NCBI GenBank assembly: GCA_951406725.2
Contig: OX597838.1
Coordinates: 13,640,001 to 13,704,000 of the forward strand
Direction: 5' to 3'
DNA: 64,000 bases
DNA from: Octopus vulgaris
Lineage: Eukaryota
Shown here piece after piece: positions 26,218 to 37,645 of this stretch. A program made the translations under genes and the position numbers. The notes below the pieces were generated by a model that was not told the DNA's origin, searched no databases, and saw nothing but the letters and a program-made list of their open reading frames with translations. Each line of letters opens with the position of its first letter. Positions within the stretch are counted from its first letter, which is position 1.

Positions 26218-27496
26218 GTAAGTTCTCTTGGACAGGGAGAGCAAATGTGATTGACCCTTTGGCATTTAAACCAGCCATATCTGGCCAAAAGTATTCTACC
26301 TTATTTTATGTTCAAAGTGACAAGATTCAACCCCTTACACCTTTCCTACAATATCATTCTAAGAATAAATAATCACATCATCAAGACTCCAAAGCCATGA
26401 GTTCATGCATGATTAATTCAAAATGTGTGTCATTAACCCTTTTGTTACCATATTTCTGTTGAGATGCTCTCTGTTTCCTTCAATTAATTTTAAATATAAC
26501 AAAGAATTTAATAAAATAACTTAGTTATCATTCAGCTAGTTTTAGGAACATTAATTGTGACTAAGGTTTGGTGGAAGATTTTTAATTCAAAACTTATGGA
26601 AACAAGACATTTGTACTACAGAGCCAGAGGTGGTTTCAGCCGGGTTTGTAAGGAAAGGGTTAAGTGTTCCATTTGACTGAGTAATCTGAATGCTAAAGGG
26701 TTAACTCCTGTTTATCTCATCTTTTATCTTTTACTTGTTTCAGGCATTACACTGTGGCCATGTTGGGCACAGCCTTAAAGAATTTTTAGTTGAATGAATC
26801 AACCCCAGGTTTTTTTTTGTTTTAAAGCCTGTTACTTATTCTATCACTCTCCTTTGCCAAACCACTAAGTTACGAGGACATAAAAACATCAACACTAGTG
26901 TCAATCAGTGGTGGGGAACAAGGTAACAAACACACACACACACATACACACTGCTGACCTGTGGGTTTATGCCAAACACCTGCTGTTATGTGTGGAGCAG
27001 TTCTGGCTATCAACTGAATCCATTGTGAAGGTCCCTCCACTGCCTTCTTTCAACTGAGAAGGGCAGGCAGTTCTTATATGCCTGGTGGCCTTGCGAAAGA
27101 GGCTGTATGGTGAATGAGATTGAAGGGGCTGAAGATAAACACTTTCCTCTTTGGCCAACCCCTCATCAACTTCACATGAAGCGGAAAATAAGGATGGAGT
27201 GGGAAGTTTGGCCTTGTAGCCATTTTGTTGAAAAGCCAACGAGAGTGGTGGGCATGGTGCGAGTGAACAGGCCTGTCCTGAGCATACGCCTGTAAATTGG
27301 AGATAGGGAACTGAGGAAAGATACCTGCACCGGGGGGGGGGGGGTAAGAGCACAGGTGGTTTTACGGAGGTTTTCTCCACCAGCAGCCCTTGAATGTCTC
27401 CTCCGTATTCAGGATTACACATTGTGAAAATGTCATTCTTAGGGTTGTTCTCATTAAATCTGTTTACATGCAAAACCCTCACAACACACACACTTA

Positions 27497-27878
27497 GGAA
27501 GCACTCCGTCGGTTACGACGACGAGGGTTCCGGTTGATCCGATCAACGGAACAGCCTGCTCGTGAAATTAACGTGTAAGTGGCTGAGCACTCCACAGACA
27601 CGTGCACCCTTAACGTAGTTCTCGGGGATATTCAGCGTGACACAAAGAGTGACAAGGCCGGCCCTTTGAAATACAGGTACAACAGAAACAGGAAGTAAGA
27701 GTGAGAGAAAGTTGTGATGAAAGAGTACAGCAGGGATCACCACCATCCCCTGCCGGAGCCTCGTGGAGCTTTAGGTGTTTTCGCTCAATAAACACTCACA
27801 ACATCCGGTCTGGGAATCGAAACCACGATCCTACGACCGCGAGTCCGCTGCTCTAACCACTGGGCCATTGTGCCTCCA
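27497..27878 (-). mobile_element. tRNA-derived SINE (family C)
   Basis: Reverse complement of 31917-32298; a third, partial copy at about 41141-41434. Confidence 0.85.
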
Positions 27879-28329
27879 CACACACACACATGCTCAATAC
27901 TGTGTCCTGTGCTGTTCATACTGTTCTAACAATGTAACCCCTTTGTAGTCAATAAAGAATCCTTATTCTTATTGGCTCAGTGGTTAGGGTGTTGCACTCA
28001 CTATCTAGTGATCATGAGTTCAATTCCTAGCACAGACGGTGTGTTCTTAAACAAAAAGCTTCATTTCACGCTGCTCTGTCATCACTTTGACACCTGACAT
28101 ATGGTACACCTTGCACCTGTTCAGACAAAATGTCAATTTGATGGAAGCACAAACATTTGCTCACTGTAAACGAATCATTTTTGTAGGCCATTCAGCAGAA
28201 GCTGAACACTCATAAATCATCTTCAACAGGAGAGTCCATCATCATTATTGCTCTTGTTGTTGTTGTTATTATTATTATTAATATTATTATTATTATTATT
28301 ATTACTGTTGTTGTTGTTATTATTATTGA

Positions 28330-28770
28330 GTGAGAGAGCAGTGCATGCCATCAAAGTGACACTGGGGTAAAATATACGAAGCCCAGTATACCCATCATGA
28401 CTACCCGTCTGATAAGGGTACACCAGGCACATGCATCACAACCATATGTGCACGACATGGTGATCTCATATCAAGATAAACAGCACATGACCTTGCAGGT
28501 GAGGCCCAGTTAGAATTTTCTTCTGGTTGAGTAACCCATTCTGCTCAAAAGGTCCCTAAATAAGGGTTGTTTCAGGATGTTGAACCTGTGTTTCCAGAGG
28601 TGAATTATTCAAACCCCAAAGAATCCCTCTCAACACATGGCTATGATGCTACCCCACTACTTCTGCTCGTGGTCAGAGATGCACAGATTGTCAGCCACTA
28701 AGGGACATGCTCAACTGGTTATGGTAAAACAACTGACCAAATCTGTGATATTGAGCAGAATATTTGCTGA
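28330..28770. repeat. Unclassified interspersed repeat
   Basis: Its right part recurs inverted and diverged at about 14088-14250; bounded by microsatellites. Confidence 0.55.
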
Positions 28771-28772
28771 TA

Positions 28773-28775
<3 letters not shown>

Positions 28776-28818
<43 letters not shown>

Positions 28819-28965
28819 TATTATCATTATTAATATTATTATTATTATTACTATTACTATTATAATTATTATTATTATTATTATTACTATTATTATCATT
28901 ACTATTATTATTATTACTATTATTATTATAATTATTATTATTATTATTACTATTATTATCATTAC

Positions 28966-28996
<31 letters not shown>

Positions 28997-29046
28997 ATTA
29001 TAATTATTATTATTACTATTATTATTACTATTATTATTATTATTAT
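28776..29046. repeat. (ATT)n microsatellite abutting the exon 3 acceptor of gene 2
   Basis: Read directly; ends ...attatccttccag|. Confidence 0.95.
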
Positions 29047-29054
29047 CCTTCCAG

Positions 29055-29182
29055 CCCCGATGATTTCTACATCTATGGCAGTTCTGTTAATATTGGAACC
29101 ACCAATAACACAGTGACAGGACAGCACTTAACGTTTGTTAAAGACTATGCAATCCACACTGAATTTAGCACAGATCCAATGC
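29055..29182 (+). CDS. Serine protease gene 2, exon 3
   Basis: ccttccag|...|GTAAGT; (F)PDDFYIYGSSVNIGTTNNTVTGQHLTFVKDYAIHTEFSTDPM; 128 bp, phases 2/1; ends PM+C exactly like gene 1 exon 3. Confidence 0.9.
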
Positions 29183-29634
29183 GTAAGTAGAGTGAAAAGA
29201 AATCCATCACTCATTGACTAATGGAGTCAAACAAATCGACTTCAGGACTTATTTTATGAACCTAATACTTATTTTATTGGTCCCTTTTTGCTGAACCACT
29301 AAGTTATGAGGATGTAAACACACCAACACCACTTGTCAAGTGTTGATGGGGGAATAAACATAGACACAAAGACACACACATAGATATATACACATGGATA
29401 TATATCTCACTCTTTTACTTGTTTCAGTCATTTGACTGCGGCCATGCTGGAACACCATCTTTAATCGAGCAACTCGACCCCGGGACTTATTCTTTTTGTA
29501 AGCCCAGTACTTATTCTATCGGTCTCTTTTTGCCGAACCGTTAAGTAACAGGAACATAAACACACCAGCATCGGTTGTCAAGCAATGCTAGGGGGACAAA
29601 CACAGACACACATATATATATATATATATATATA

Positions 29635-30890
29635 CAGGGTGCATAAGGGATTTGAGGACATACCTTTTTGGGGTCTTTGCTTCATTTTGTGCTAATTCTG
29701 TATAATCTTTGTTTCAGAAAATTATAATGGCAAACCCTCATCTTACTCAGGAAATGAAAAGGCATGTTGTTGTTGTGGTTATAAAGGCTGAGCATAGCAA
29801 TTTAGAAATATCTCGATTTTTGAAAGTTACCAGATCTTTTGTCTACAACGTTTATAAGGGGCTGGAGACTGAAGATGGAAACGTATCACCAGTATCAGAG
29901 CATAAAAAGCATTCTGAACACTCTGAAATCATCAGAACACCTGAATTTATCCAGCAAGTTCAACAGAACATTGATTACAATCCCAGAAAGTCCATGACAT
30001 CAATTGCAAAAGATATCCATGTGTCAGATGGAACAGTCAGAAATGTTGTCCACAAACACATCAGATATAAGTCTTATAGGATGAGGAAAGGTCAATTTGT
30101 CTGAAAAAGCAAAGAAAAATTACTACATCAGACTTGAAAGACACTTAAACCAACTGAAAAATCAAGCAGATTTGATTTGGTTTTCCTCAAAAGAGAAAAA
30201 TTTTGACCAAGATCAAAAAGTTAACAGAAGAAATGACAGATGGTTACGTGCAGACCCTTCTGAAGTTCCAAGTGTTATGCATATAAAATTTCCTGCAACT
30301 GTCATGGTTTTAGGGATTGTCAGCAATGAAAAACGTGATGCCTCCTTACTTCTTTCACAAAGCCTTAGAGTTAACTCTGCTGCCTACATTGAGGTCCTGG
30401 AAATAATTGTTCAGCCCTGGATAGACAGTGTATGCAATGGAAGGCCATGTGTGATTCAGTAAGACTCTGCACTATTACACAAGACTCTATTAACAAAGGA
30501 ATGGATGGCTGAAAATTTTCATGATCACACAACCCCTAACATTTGGTCTCCTAATTCCCCAGATCTCAATCCATTGGACTATTACATGTGAAGCGTTGTT
30601 GAGAGAGAGGTCAATGAACACGCCCATAACACCAAAGATTCTTTGAAAGCTACCATAGTCAGAGTAATATCCAAAATGAACCAGGACCATTTAATTCGAG
30701 CATGTAGATGATTTAGATCTCTCATAGAAGCAGTTGTTGAAGCTGAAGGTGGCTTTATTGAATAACATTCTAGAAAAGAAGGTTTATTTTTATCCTCATA
30801 GCATTTTTTGATAAATAAAGTTATTATCTGTTATTATATATCTTTTGTTTTATAAACATAAATCTGTCCTCAAATATCTTACGCACCCTG
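29635..30890 (+). mobile_element. maT (DD37D) Tc1/mariner transposon, full length, defective transposase
   Basis: TIRs of about 26 bp: CAGGGTGCATAAGGGATTTGAGGACA / TGTCCTCAAATATCTTACGCACCCTG. Transposase at about 29727-30765 with a frameshift and stops; 37 residues counted between D(SA) and SPDLNPL-D. Confidence 0.92.
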
Positions 30891-31254
30891 GCTAGGTAGC
30901 AGTAGTAGCATTCTACCCTTTTCTGGGACTGCCACATTAAGTTGGCAACAAGCCATCACTTTATTGTGCTGTTACTGTATTTATAAATTTGCGATGTGGG
31001 CTGGAGTAAGCATTGGTGTGGGTCAGATCTAGCCTGTGGGTCATACGTCTGACACCCCCAGATTAAACATTTAGTCAATCAAAGTGTTGATGTTATGTAT
31101 GTTAGACAGCCTTATCCAGTCAATTTCCTGTGTTTCCTTTTCTGTTTTTAAAGACATTTGGGTGGGATTTATTAAGGAGTCGGATTTAGCTGTTATACCT
31201 AGCAGAATGCGTGACTGCATGCAAGAAACATTCATGGCATCATTTGTTTTGCAG

Positions 31255-31389
31255 GCAATGACATTGCCATATTATCCCTGGAAAAACCTGTCAAGTATAA
31301 TCGCTGTATGAAAGCTGCCCGTCTTCCCAAAATAGGAGAGACATTCACCAGTAAACGATGCATAGCTGCCGGTTGGGGCCAGACCGGAT
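31255..31389 (+). CDS. Serine protease gene 2, exon 4 (Asp102)
   Basis: ttttgcag|...|GTAAGT; (R)NDIAILSLEKPVKYNRCMKAARLPKIGETFTSKRCIAAGWGQTG; 135 bp. Confidence 0.95.
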
Positions 31390-31701
31390 GTAAGTCTCTA
31401 AACTTTATTATATCTACATTGTGTGTGTGTGTGTGTGCATGCGTGCATGTGTGTGTTTATCATTTGTTTCTCTCTTTTCTTGATAAAACAATGTGCCAGC
31501 TCCTCTACTGTGAACCTGCAGAACTGTTAGTGTTGGAAGAGATTCTTTGTGTCATCATCATCATCACCATCATCATCACCATCACCACCATCACCATCAT
31601 CATCACCATCACCATCATCATCATCATCATCATCATCACCACCACCACCACCACCACCACCACCGCTGTAAGAACTGTTGTTGTTGTTGTTGTTGTTTCA
31701 G

Positions 31702-31850
31702 CTAAGGAAGAATCATCAGAAAAATTGCTACATGTCACAATGCCCGTGATCGACCATGATGAGTGCGTTTCCAAGATGGATTATGCTTCTCTCAACGAGC
31801 AACATATCTGTGCTGGAGACTTCAAAACTGGAGGTGCCAGCACCTGCATG
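31702..31850 (+). CDS. Serine protease gene 2, exon 5
   Basis: gtttcag|...|GTAAGT; (S)KEESSEKLLHVTMPVIDHDECVSKMDYASLNEQHICAGDFKTGGASTCM; 149 bp. The following GDSGGP exon was not found in the window. Confidence 0.95.
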
Positions 31851-31916
31851 GTAAGTGACTAAGAGACTAAGAGACTGGCATTGAGATTGAGCACACAGTA
31901 ATACTTGCATGGGGGT

Positions 31917-32298
31917 GGAGGCGCAATGGCCCAGTGGTTAGGGCAGCGGACTCGCGGTCATAGGATCGCGGTTTCGATTCCCAGACCGGGCGTTGTGAGT
32001 GTTTATTGAGCGAAAACACCTAAAGCTCCACCAGGCTCCGGCAGGGGGGTGGTGGCGATCCCTCTGTCCTCTTTCACCACAACTTTCTCTCACTCTTACT
32101 TCCTGTTTTTGTTGTACCTGTATTTCAAAGGGCCGGCCTTGTCACTCTCTGTGTCACGCTGAATATCCCCGAGAACTACGTTAAGGGTGCACGTGTCTGT
32201 GGAGTGCTCAGCCACTTACACGTTAATTTCACGAGCAGGCTGTTCCATTGATTCGGATCAACCGGAACCCTCGTCGTCGTAACCGACGGAGTGCTTCC
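31917..32298 (+). mobile_element. tRNA-derived SINE (family C) with target-site duplication
   Basis: Head GGAGGCGCAATGGCCCAGTGGTTAGGGC...GGTTTCGATTCC; 13-bp direct repeat TACTTGCATGGGG at 31902-31914 and 32302-32314. Confidence 0.9.
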
Positions 32299-32498
32299 TC
32301 CTACTTGCATGGGGACACACTGACACACACACATGCACACATACACATGCATGCACATCACACACACAAGCACACACGCAAACATACACACTCATGCAAG
32401 CACCCATACCTATACACATGCGTTTGTGCCCCCCCCCACACACACATACACACATTCAATACATTCATACTTATTCATACATACATACATACATACAT

Positions 32499-32563
<65 letters not shown>

Positions 32564-32769
32564 ATCCAAACATGAAAGCACAAAGAGAAAACACAACAAC
32601 GCGAGGACGTGGAACAAATATAGTATTATGGGACGCTCAGGAAAGAAGGAGGGTTTGACGTTTCGAGCAGAGCTCTTTGTCGGAAGCATAGGAGAAGGAA
32701 AGATCCAGAGAAGGGAAGACAGAGGAAAAAAAAATCGCCAACGGTATACACGAGGTCACATTTTGAATG

Positions 32770-32800
<31 letters not shown>

Positions 32801-32952
32801 TATATAGTGGGCATTACTATACATAAATGCCACAAGCTAGGAGGGTGCAATTGTGGGGGTGAATCGAGCCAGTTAATTTAAATGTGTGTGTGTGTGTTGT
32901 AGGTTTTTAACAGTGTATTACAAAAAATAACTGCTATTCCTTTATTCCTTAA

Positions 32953-33825
32953 CTAGCAGTAATGCCCGGCGTTGCTTGGGTTTGTAAGGGAAATAACTAT
33001 ATAAGCATTTTTAGAGAGTTATAGCCAAAAAATGCATTAAAAATGGGAAAAAAATTATGGTAAATTTTTTTAAATCGTTGACTCATCGTAGACATTTTTA
33101 GAGTTACTTCCCTTATTTAATAGTGAAAAAATGCATTAAAATGGAAAAAAATGATGGTAAATTTTTTTTAAATCATTGACTCATCGAAGACATTTTAGAG
33201 AGTTACTTCCCTTATATAATAGCGAAAAAATGCATTAAAATGGAAAAAATGATGGTAAATTTTTTTTAAATCGTAGACATTTTTTAGAGAGTTACTTCCC
33301 TTATATAATAGCGAAAAAACGCATTAAAATGGAAAAAATGATGGTAAATTTTTTTTTAAATCATTGACTTATCGTAGACATTTTTAGAGAGTTACTTCCC
33401 TTATTTAATAGCGAAAAAATGCATTAAAATGGAAAAAATGATGGTAAATTTTTTTTTAAATCGTTGACTTATCGTAGACATTTTTAGAGAGTTACTTCCC
33501 TTATTTAATAGCGAAAAAATGCATTAAAATGGAAAAAAATGATGGTAAATTTTTTTTAAAATCGTTGACTTATCGTAGACATTTTTAGAGAGTTACTTCC
33601 CTTATTTAATAGTGAAAAAAATGCATTAAAATGGAAAAAAATGATGGTAAATTTTTTTTTAAATCGTAGACTCATCGTGGACGCGCGCTAATACCCAGAA
33701 GGGCTCGATATGAATCACGACTATAAGATACCCGGTTTTGGTTAAACTGCACCGCAAAATGTGGGAGTAGTTAGGAATCTAAATCGTAGGAGACAGACAC
33801 ACAACCTTACTTTTATATATAAAGA
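32953..33825 (-). mobile_element. Non-autonomous Helitron with internal tandem array of about 100-bp units
   Basis: Minus strand starts TCTTTATATATAAAAG and ends in hairpin CCCAAGCAACGCCGGG + CTAG|T; about 6-7 internal copies of GAGAGTTACTTCCCTTAT...GTAGACATTTTTA. Confidence 0.85.
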
Positions 33826-34278
33826 CTAGCAGTATCGCCCGGCGTTGCTCGGGTTTGTAAGGAAAATAACTATATAAGCATTTTTAGAGAGTTACTTCCC
33901 TTATAGATGCCAATTCGGGCTTTCTTAGCGATTTCTGTTTTGGTGTCTTCAAGCCATGAAGTCGTTGTTCTAAAAGAACGCTGGTCTCCTTGACAACGCT
34001 TTACAACGTTGATTTCCTTACACTCCCTTACCAACAGCTTCACGAGGGAGGGAAGAAGGGGGAGAAGCAAACAGGTGCAGGTGTGACCATGGACGCCAAC
34101 TCCGCCGCCATCGACACACGAAAAATTATGCATTAAAATGGAATAAAAAATGATGTTAAATTATTTTTAAAATCGATGATGAAATGATCGTAGACTCATC
34201 GTAGACGTGCGCTAATACCCAGAAGGGCTCAATATGAATCACGACTAATACCCAGAAGGGCTCAATATGAATCACGAC
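33826..34278 (-). mobile_element. Second Helitron copy, head-to-tail with the first, 5'-truncated
   Basis: Its 3' end (CCCGAGCAACGCCGGGCGATACTGCTAG) directly abuts the 5' TC of the neighbouring copy. Confidence 0.8.
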
Positions 34279-34573
34279 TGATAATGATGATGATTATGAT
34301 GATGATCATAATGATGATGATGATGATGATGGTGATGATAATGATGATGATGATGGTGATGATGATGATAGTGATGGTGATGATCATGGTGATGTTGATT
34401 ATGATGATGATCATGATTTCTTTTATATGTCACCAGGATGACAGATGAGGGGGGGGAACAGTACAATAACAGACATAAAGGTGGTGCTATTAAGTTAGAC
34501 ATGGCCTGGGCCAATAATGGCCGAAACCTATCAAAGTATCAAAGTAAAGTGCTGGGGTTTACACAATGAAATA

Positions 34574-34935
34574 TTTTTTTTTTTTTTAAAAAGGGGTAAA
34601 AGGTTTACATGGTACACAGTAAAAATAAAAGAAAGAAGCATGCATAGTTAAGGGTCAATAAAAACAAACAAAAAAAAGGGATAATGATGTGCTACTCCTT
34701 GTACAGGAGGACCTGTTGGGACAATTGAGGAACCCCTCCATCCAAGATCTGGGTGAACACCCAGTGCAACTGTCCTCTCCAATTCTTGTTCTCCAAGTCA
34801 CAGGTCCTATACTTAGGGCGGTGCTGTCCCCTCTTGCCACCTTCACTCACCTTTTAATAAACTTGCTCATGGATAGCACCTCCCTCCCTCCCTCCCGACC
34901 CTCACTTTTCTTTTTGAATGAAACTTGAAATGGTT
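34574..34935 (-). mobile_element. Probable L1/Tx1-like LINE 3' end
   Basis: Decayed HSKRKVRVGRE-like C-terminal peptide, a T-rich 3' region and an A tail (T run on plus at about 34574-34587). Confidence 0.45.
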
Positions 34936-35099
34936 GAGATCACTACTAAAGTGGAATGTCTCTGCCCTTAATACCTATTTCTTTATTACCCACAAGGGGC
35001 TAAACATAGAGGGGACAAACAAGGACAGACATAGGTATTAAGTCGATTACATCGACCCCAGTGTCGTAACTGGTACTTGTGGGTAGTAAAGAAATAGGT

Positions 35100-35437
35100 T
35101 AATGGTTTCAATGGTCTAGGCAGCTGTGTGTGGGCATGCGTTGCCATGCAACAACAAAACTTTCTTTGACAATAAGCTTGGTCAAATTGATGCATCTTGC
35201 ACGGTTGATCGGACACCCCTTTTCCAGCGAAATTGTTCTTTGGCGTACATTGTCAGTGGAGTAGCCATGGCTAACACTATAAAGCCAGAAAGAAAAATGG
35301 AACGACCAGGCTAAAATTTCGATCATGTGACTATAACAGTACCGACTACAGGCACGCATGCGCAGAAAGGAGTGTGACAATCATGTCGCAAGATATGTCA
35401 TGGCCAAAGCGTGGAAAATTTTTTGACTTCCCCTCGT
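35100..35437 (-). mobile_element. mariner deletion derivative
   Basis: Terminus TA-CGAGGGGAAGTCAAAAA and peptide LLHGNACPHTAA, which resembles the mariner LLHDNARPH motif. Confidence 0.6.
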
Positions 35438-35523
35438 ATATATACGACAGGCTTCTTTCAGTTTTTGTCTACCAAATCCACTCACAAGACTTTGGTTGGC
35501 TCGAGGCTACAGTAGACAATACT

Positions 35524-35914
35524 GGTACTACTCAAGAATAGTGGTCCCGGTGCGCGCACTCGCGTACTCGCGCTAGCTAGCCGTGACTAGTCGATCCTAC
35601 AACGACTGCCTAGCAAAGTAAATAAAACACAAAATAAATAATTTTTTTTACACAAAGTAAATAATTTGGCGATCCTTCGGTATACGTCCCTCCCGTAAGT
35701 GGCTTTGTTTACATTTCTGAAGAAAACAGAAACCCTTTTCTCCCCCCCCCCATATATATAAAAAAAAACACACTTTCTTGAAATGTGTCCGGTACTTCCG
35801 GTACGTATACCGAAGTTACGTCCACAAAAACACAAAATAAGAATCGTCTCGTCACGACTAGCTAGCGCGGATGCGCGAGTGCGCGTACCGGGACCAGTCT
35901 TCTTAAATAGTACC
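35524..35914. mobile_element. Merlin-type MITE (family M1) inserted in a SINE
   Basis: CpG-rich TIRs GGTACTA...GGTCCCGGTGCGCGCACTCGCG / CGCGAGTGCGCGTACCGGGACC...TAGTACC; degenerate 9-bp TSD GACAATACT/GAAAATACC. Confidence 0.7.
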
Positions 35915-36090
35915 GAAAATACCTGCCCAAGGTGCCACTCAGTGGGACTGAACCCGGAACCATGTGGTTGGGAAGCAAGCACACACATCCTTTTCTTGTA
36001 TTTTTTACGATTAGCTATATGTATGTATTGTGTGTGTGTGTGATCGGCGATCACCAACATATACAATATAAATAAATAAATAAATAATGC

Positions 36091-36514
36091 GGCGATCTTT
36101 CGTCTCTAGTAGACCTTTCCGTCGATTGCCGTAAAAATTTTTTTTTTTTACATATGGGCTTGCGGGAACTTTTGAAGTAATGAGAGCGAAAGAGACTAAG
36201 AGAAAGCGATTGTATGACGAGGGAAGTTCTTTTGAAGTTACCGTGCATGTGAAGCATTGATGTACATGTGTGTGTGTGTTTGTTTGATGGGGTGTGGGAG
36301 ACAGACAGTATGTTGTGTAAGTGAAGTGCTTCTGTTAGTGTGTGTGAAGAGACAGAGTAATGTGTGAAAGAAAGAGATAACTGAAATTTTTTACTCGGTG
36401 TATGTGTATATGTATGTATATTACTTCAAAAGTTCCCGCAAGCCCATATGTAAAAAAAAAAAAAAAATTTTTACGGAAATCGACGGAAAGGTCTACTAGA
36501 GACGAAAGATTGCC
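36091..36514. mobile_element. Merlin-type MITE (family M2)
   Basis: TIRs of about 90 bp starting GGC(G/A)ATCTTTCGTCTCTAGTAGACC; perfect 8-bp TSD AATAATGC (36083-36090, 36515-36522). Confidence 0.8.
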
Positions 36515-37559
36515 AATAATGCCTTTCCCCATAAACTGCAAAGAACGTCGATGAATCAGCTGACAAAATTTCTGCACTTATAAGACTTACGAAAGATTTT
36601 TTCCCCCAGCAATTTCGAATGTGAATGGTAAGGGACCGGTCAGCTTGTTAGCATTCGATCGCCCCAAGCTGGCAGAAACGTTAGCACGCCGGGCGAAATG
36701 CTTAGCAGTATTTCGTCTGCCGCTTCCGTTCTGAGTTCAAATTCCGCCGAGGTCGACTTTGCCTTTCATCCTTTCGGGGACGATTAAATAAGTACCAGTT
36801 ACTGGGGTCGATATGATCGACTTAATCCGTTTGACTGTCCTTGTTTGTCCCCTCTATGTTTAGCCCCTTGTGGGTAGTAAAGAAATAGATATCAGCTGAA
36901 TGCTACCCACTAACATGTAAACGTTTGTTTAGCCATCAACTCTTTCTCTTCGTCGCAGTAGGGGCGAGACTAAATAGCTATGGACATGAATCAATATATG
37001 TATATTTTGTGCATTAGGTTGCTTCCAATAAAGAGAGAAGAAAAAAAAAACGATATTTCCCTACAATTCCATTTCTTCTTCGTCAGAAATGCATGAACAT
37101 CACAAAATCACTACAGTCCAGGAGTGGCTATGTGATAAGTAGCTTGTTTACCAACCACATGGTTCCGGGTTCAGTCCCACTGCGTGGCACCTTGGGCAGG
37201 TGTCCTCTGTTATAGCCTCGGGCCGACCAAAGCCTTGTGAGTGGATTAGGTAGACGGAAACTGAAAGAAGCCCGTCGTATATATATATATGTACGTGTAT
37301 GTTCGTGTGTCTGTGTTTGTCCCCCTAGCATTGCTGGTGTGTTTATGTCCCTGTCACTTAGCGGTTCGGCAAAAAGAGACCGATAGAATAAGTACTGGGC
37401 TTACAAAGAATAAGTCCTGGGGTCGAGTTGCTCGATCAAAGGCGGTGCTCCAGCATGGCCGCAATCAAAATCACTGAAACAAGCAAAATAATAAGAGTAA
37501 TCCCCTTAACTGCTTTAATAGCTTATTTACAAAACCATTTCATTGCATTAATAAAATGT

Positions 37560-37566
37560 AAAAAAA
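37560..37566 (-). terminator. RNA polymerase III terminator (T7) of tRNA-Val copy 1
   Basis: TTTTTTT 6 nt after the tRNA on the minus strand; same signal at 39582-39588 for copy 2. Confidence 0.75.
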
Positions 37567-37572
37567 CTAAGT

Positions 37573-37645
37573 AGGTTCCGGCGAGGTTCGAACTCGCGGC
37601 CTTCTGCGTGTAAAGCAGACGTGATAACCACTACACCACGAAACC
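37573..37645 (-). tRNA. trnV-TAC: tRNA-Val(TAC), copy 1
   Basis: GGTTTCGTGGTGTAGTGGTTATCACGTCTGCTTTACACGCAGAAGGCCGCGAGTTCGAACCTCGCCGGAACCT; acceptor stem GGTTTCG/CGGAACC, anticodon arm TCTGC-TTTACAC-GCAGA, T arm GCGAG-TTCGAAC-CTCGC. Confidence 0.95.

Noticed and set aside
26967-27491. 174-aa minus-strand ORF in intron 2 of gene 2
   Set aside because: No recognisable domain and a start inside a (TG)n tract; possibly a decayed LINE ORF1, but too weak to call.
31917-31990. tRNA-like sequences at SINE heads (also about 27973-28040)
   Set aside because: They have A/B boxes but no closed cloverleaf and continue into SINE bodies.
32560-32770. Hammerhead-like motif on the minus strand (CCGACAAAGAGC...GCTCGAAACGTC), and another at about 43330-43380
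   Set aside because: The catalytic core is mutated (no CUGANGA in the first, no GAAA in the second); at best these are dead Penelope-end remnants.
33013-33680. Regularly spaced repeats resembling a CRISPR array
   Set aside because: The units are contiguous with no unique spacers, lie inside a Helitron, and the DNA is eukaryotic with no cas genes.
34700-34760. GGP-coding stretches (here and at about 38480/40490) as the missing exon 6 of gene 2
   Set aside because: No preceding GDS, no suitable acceptor, and no downstream GITSFG/W motifs.
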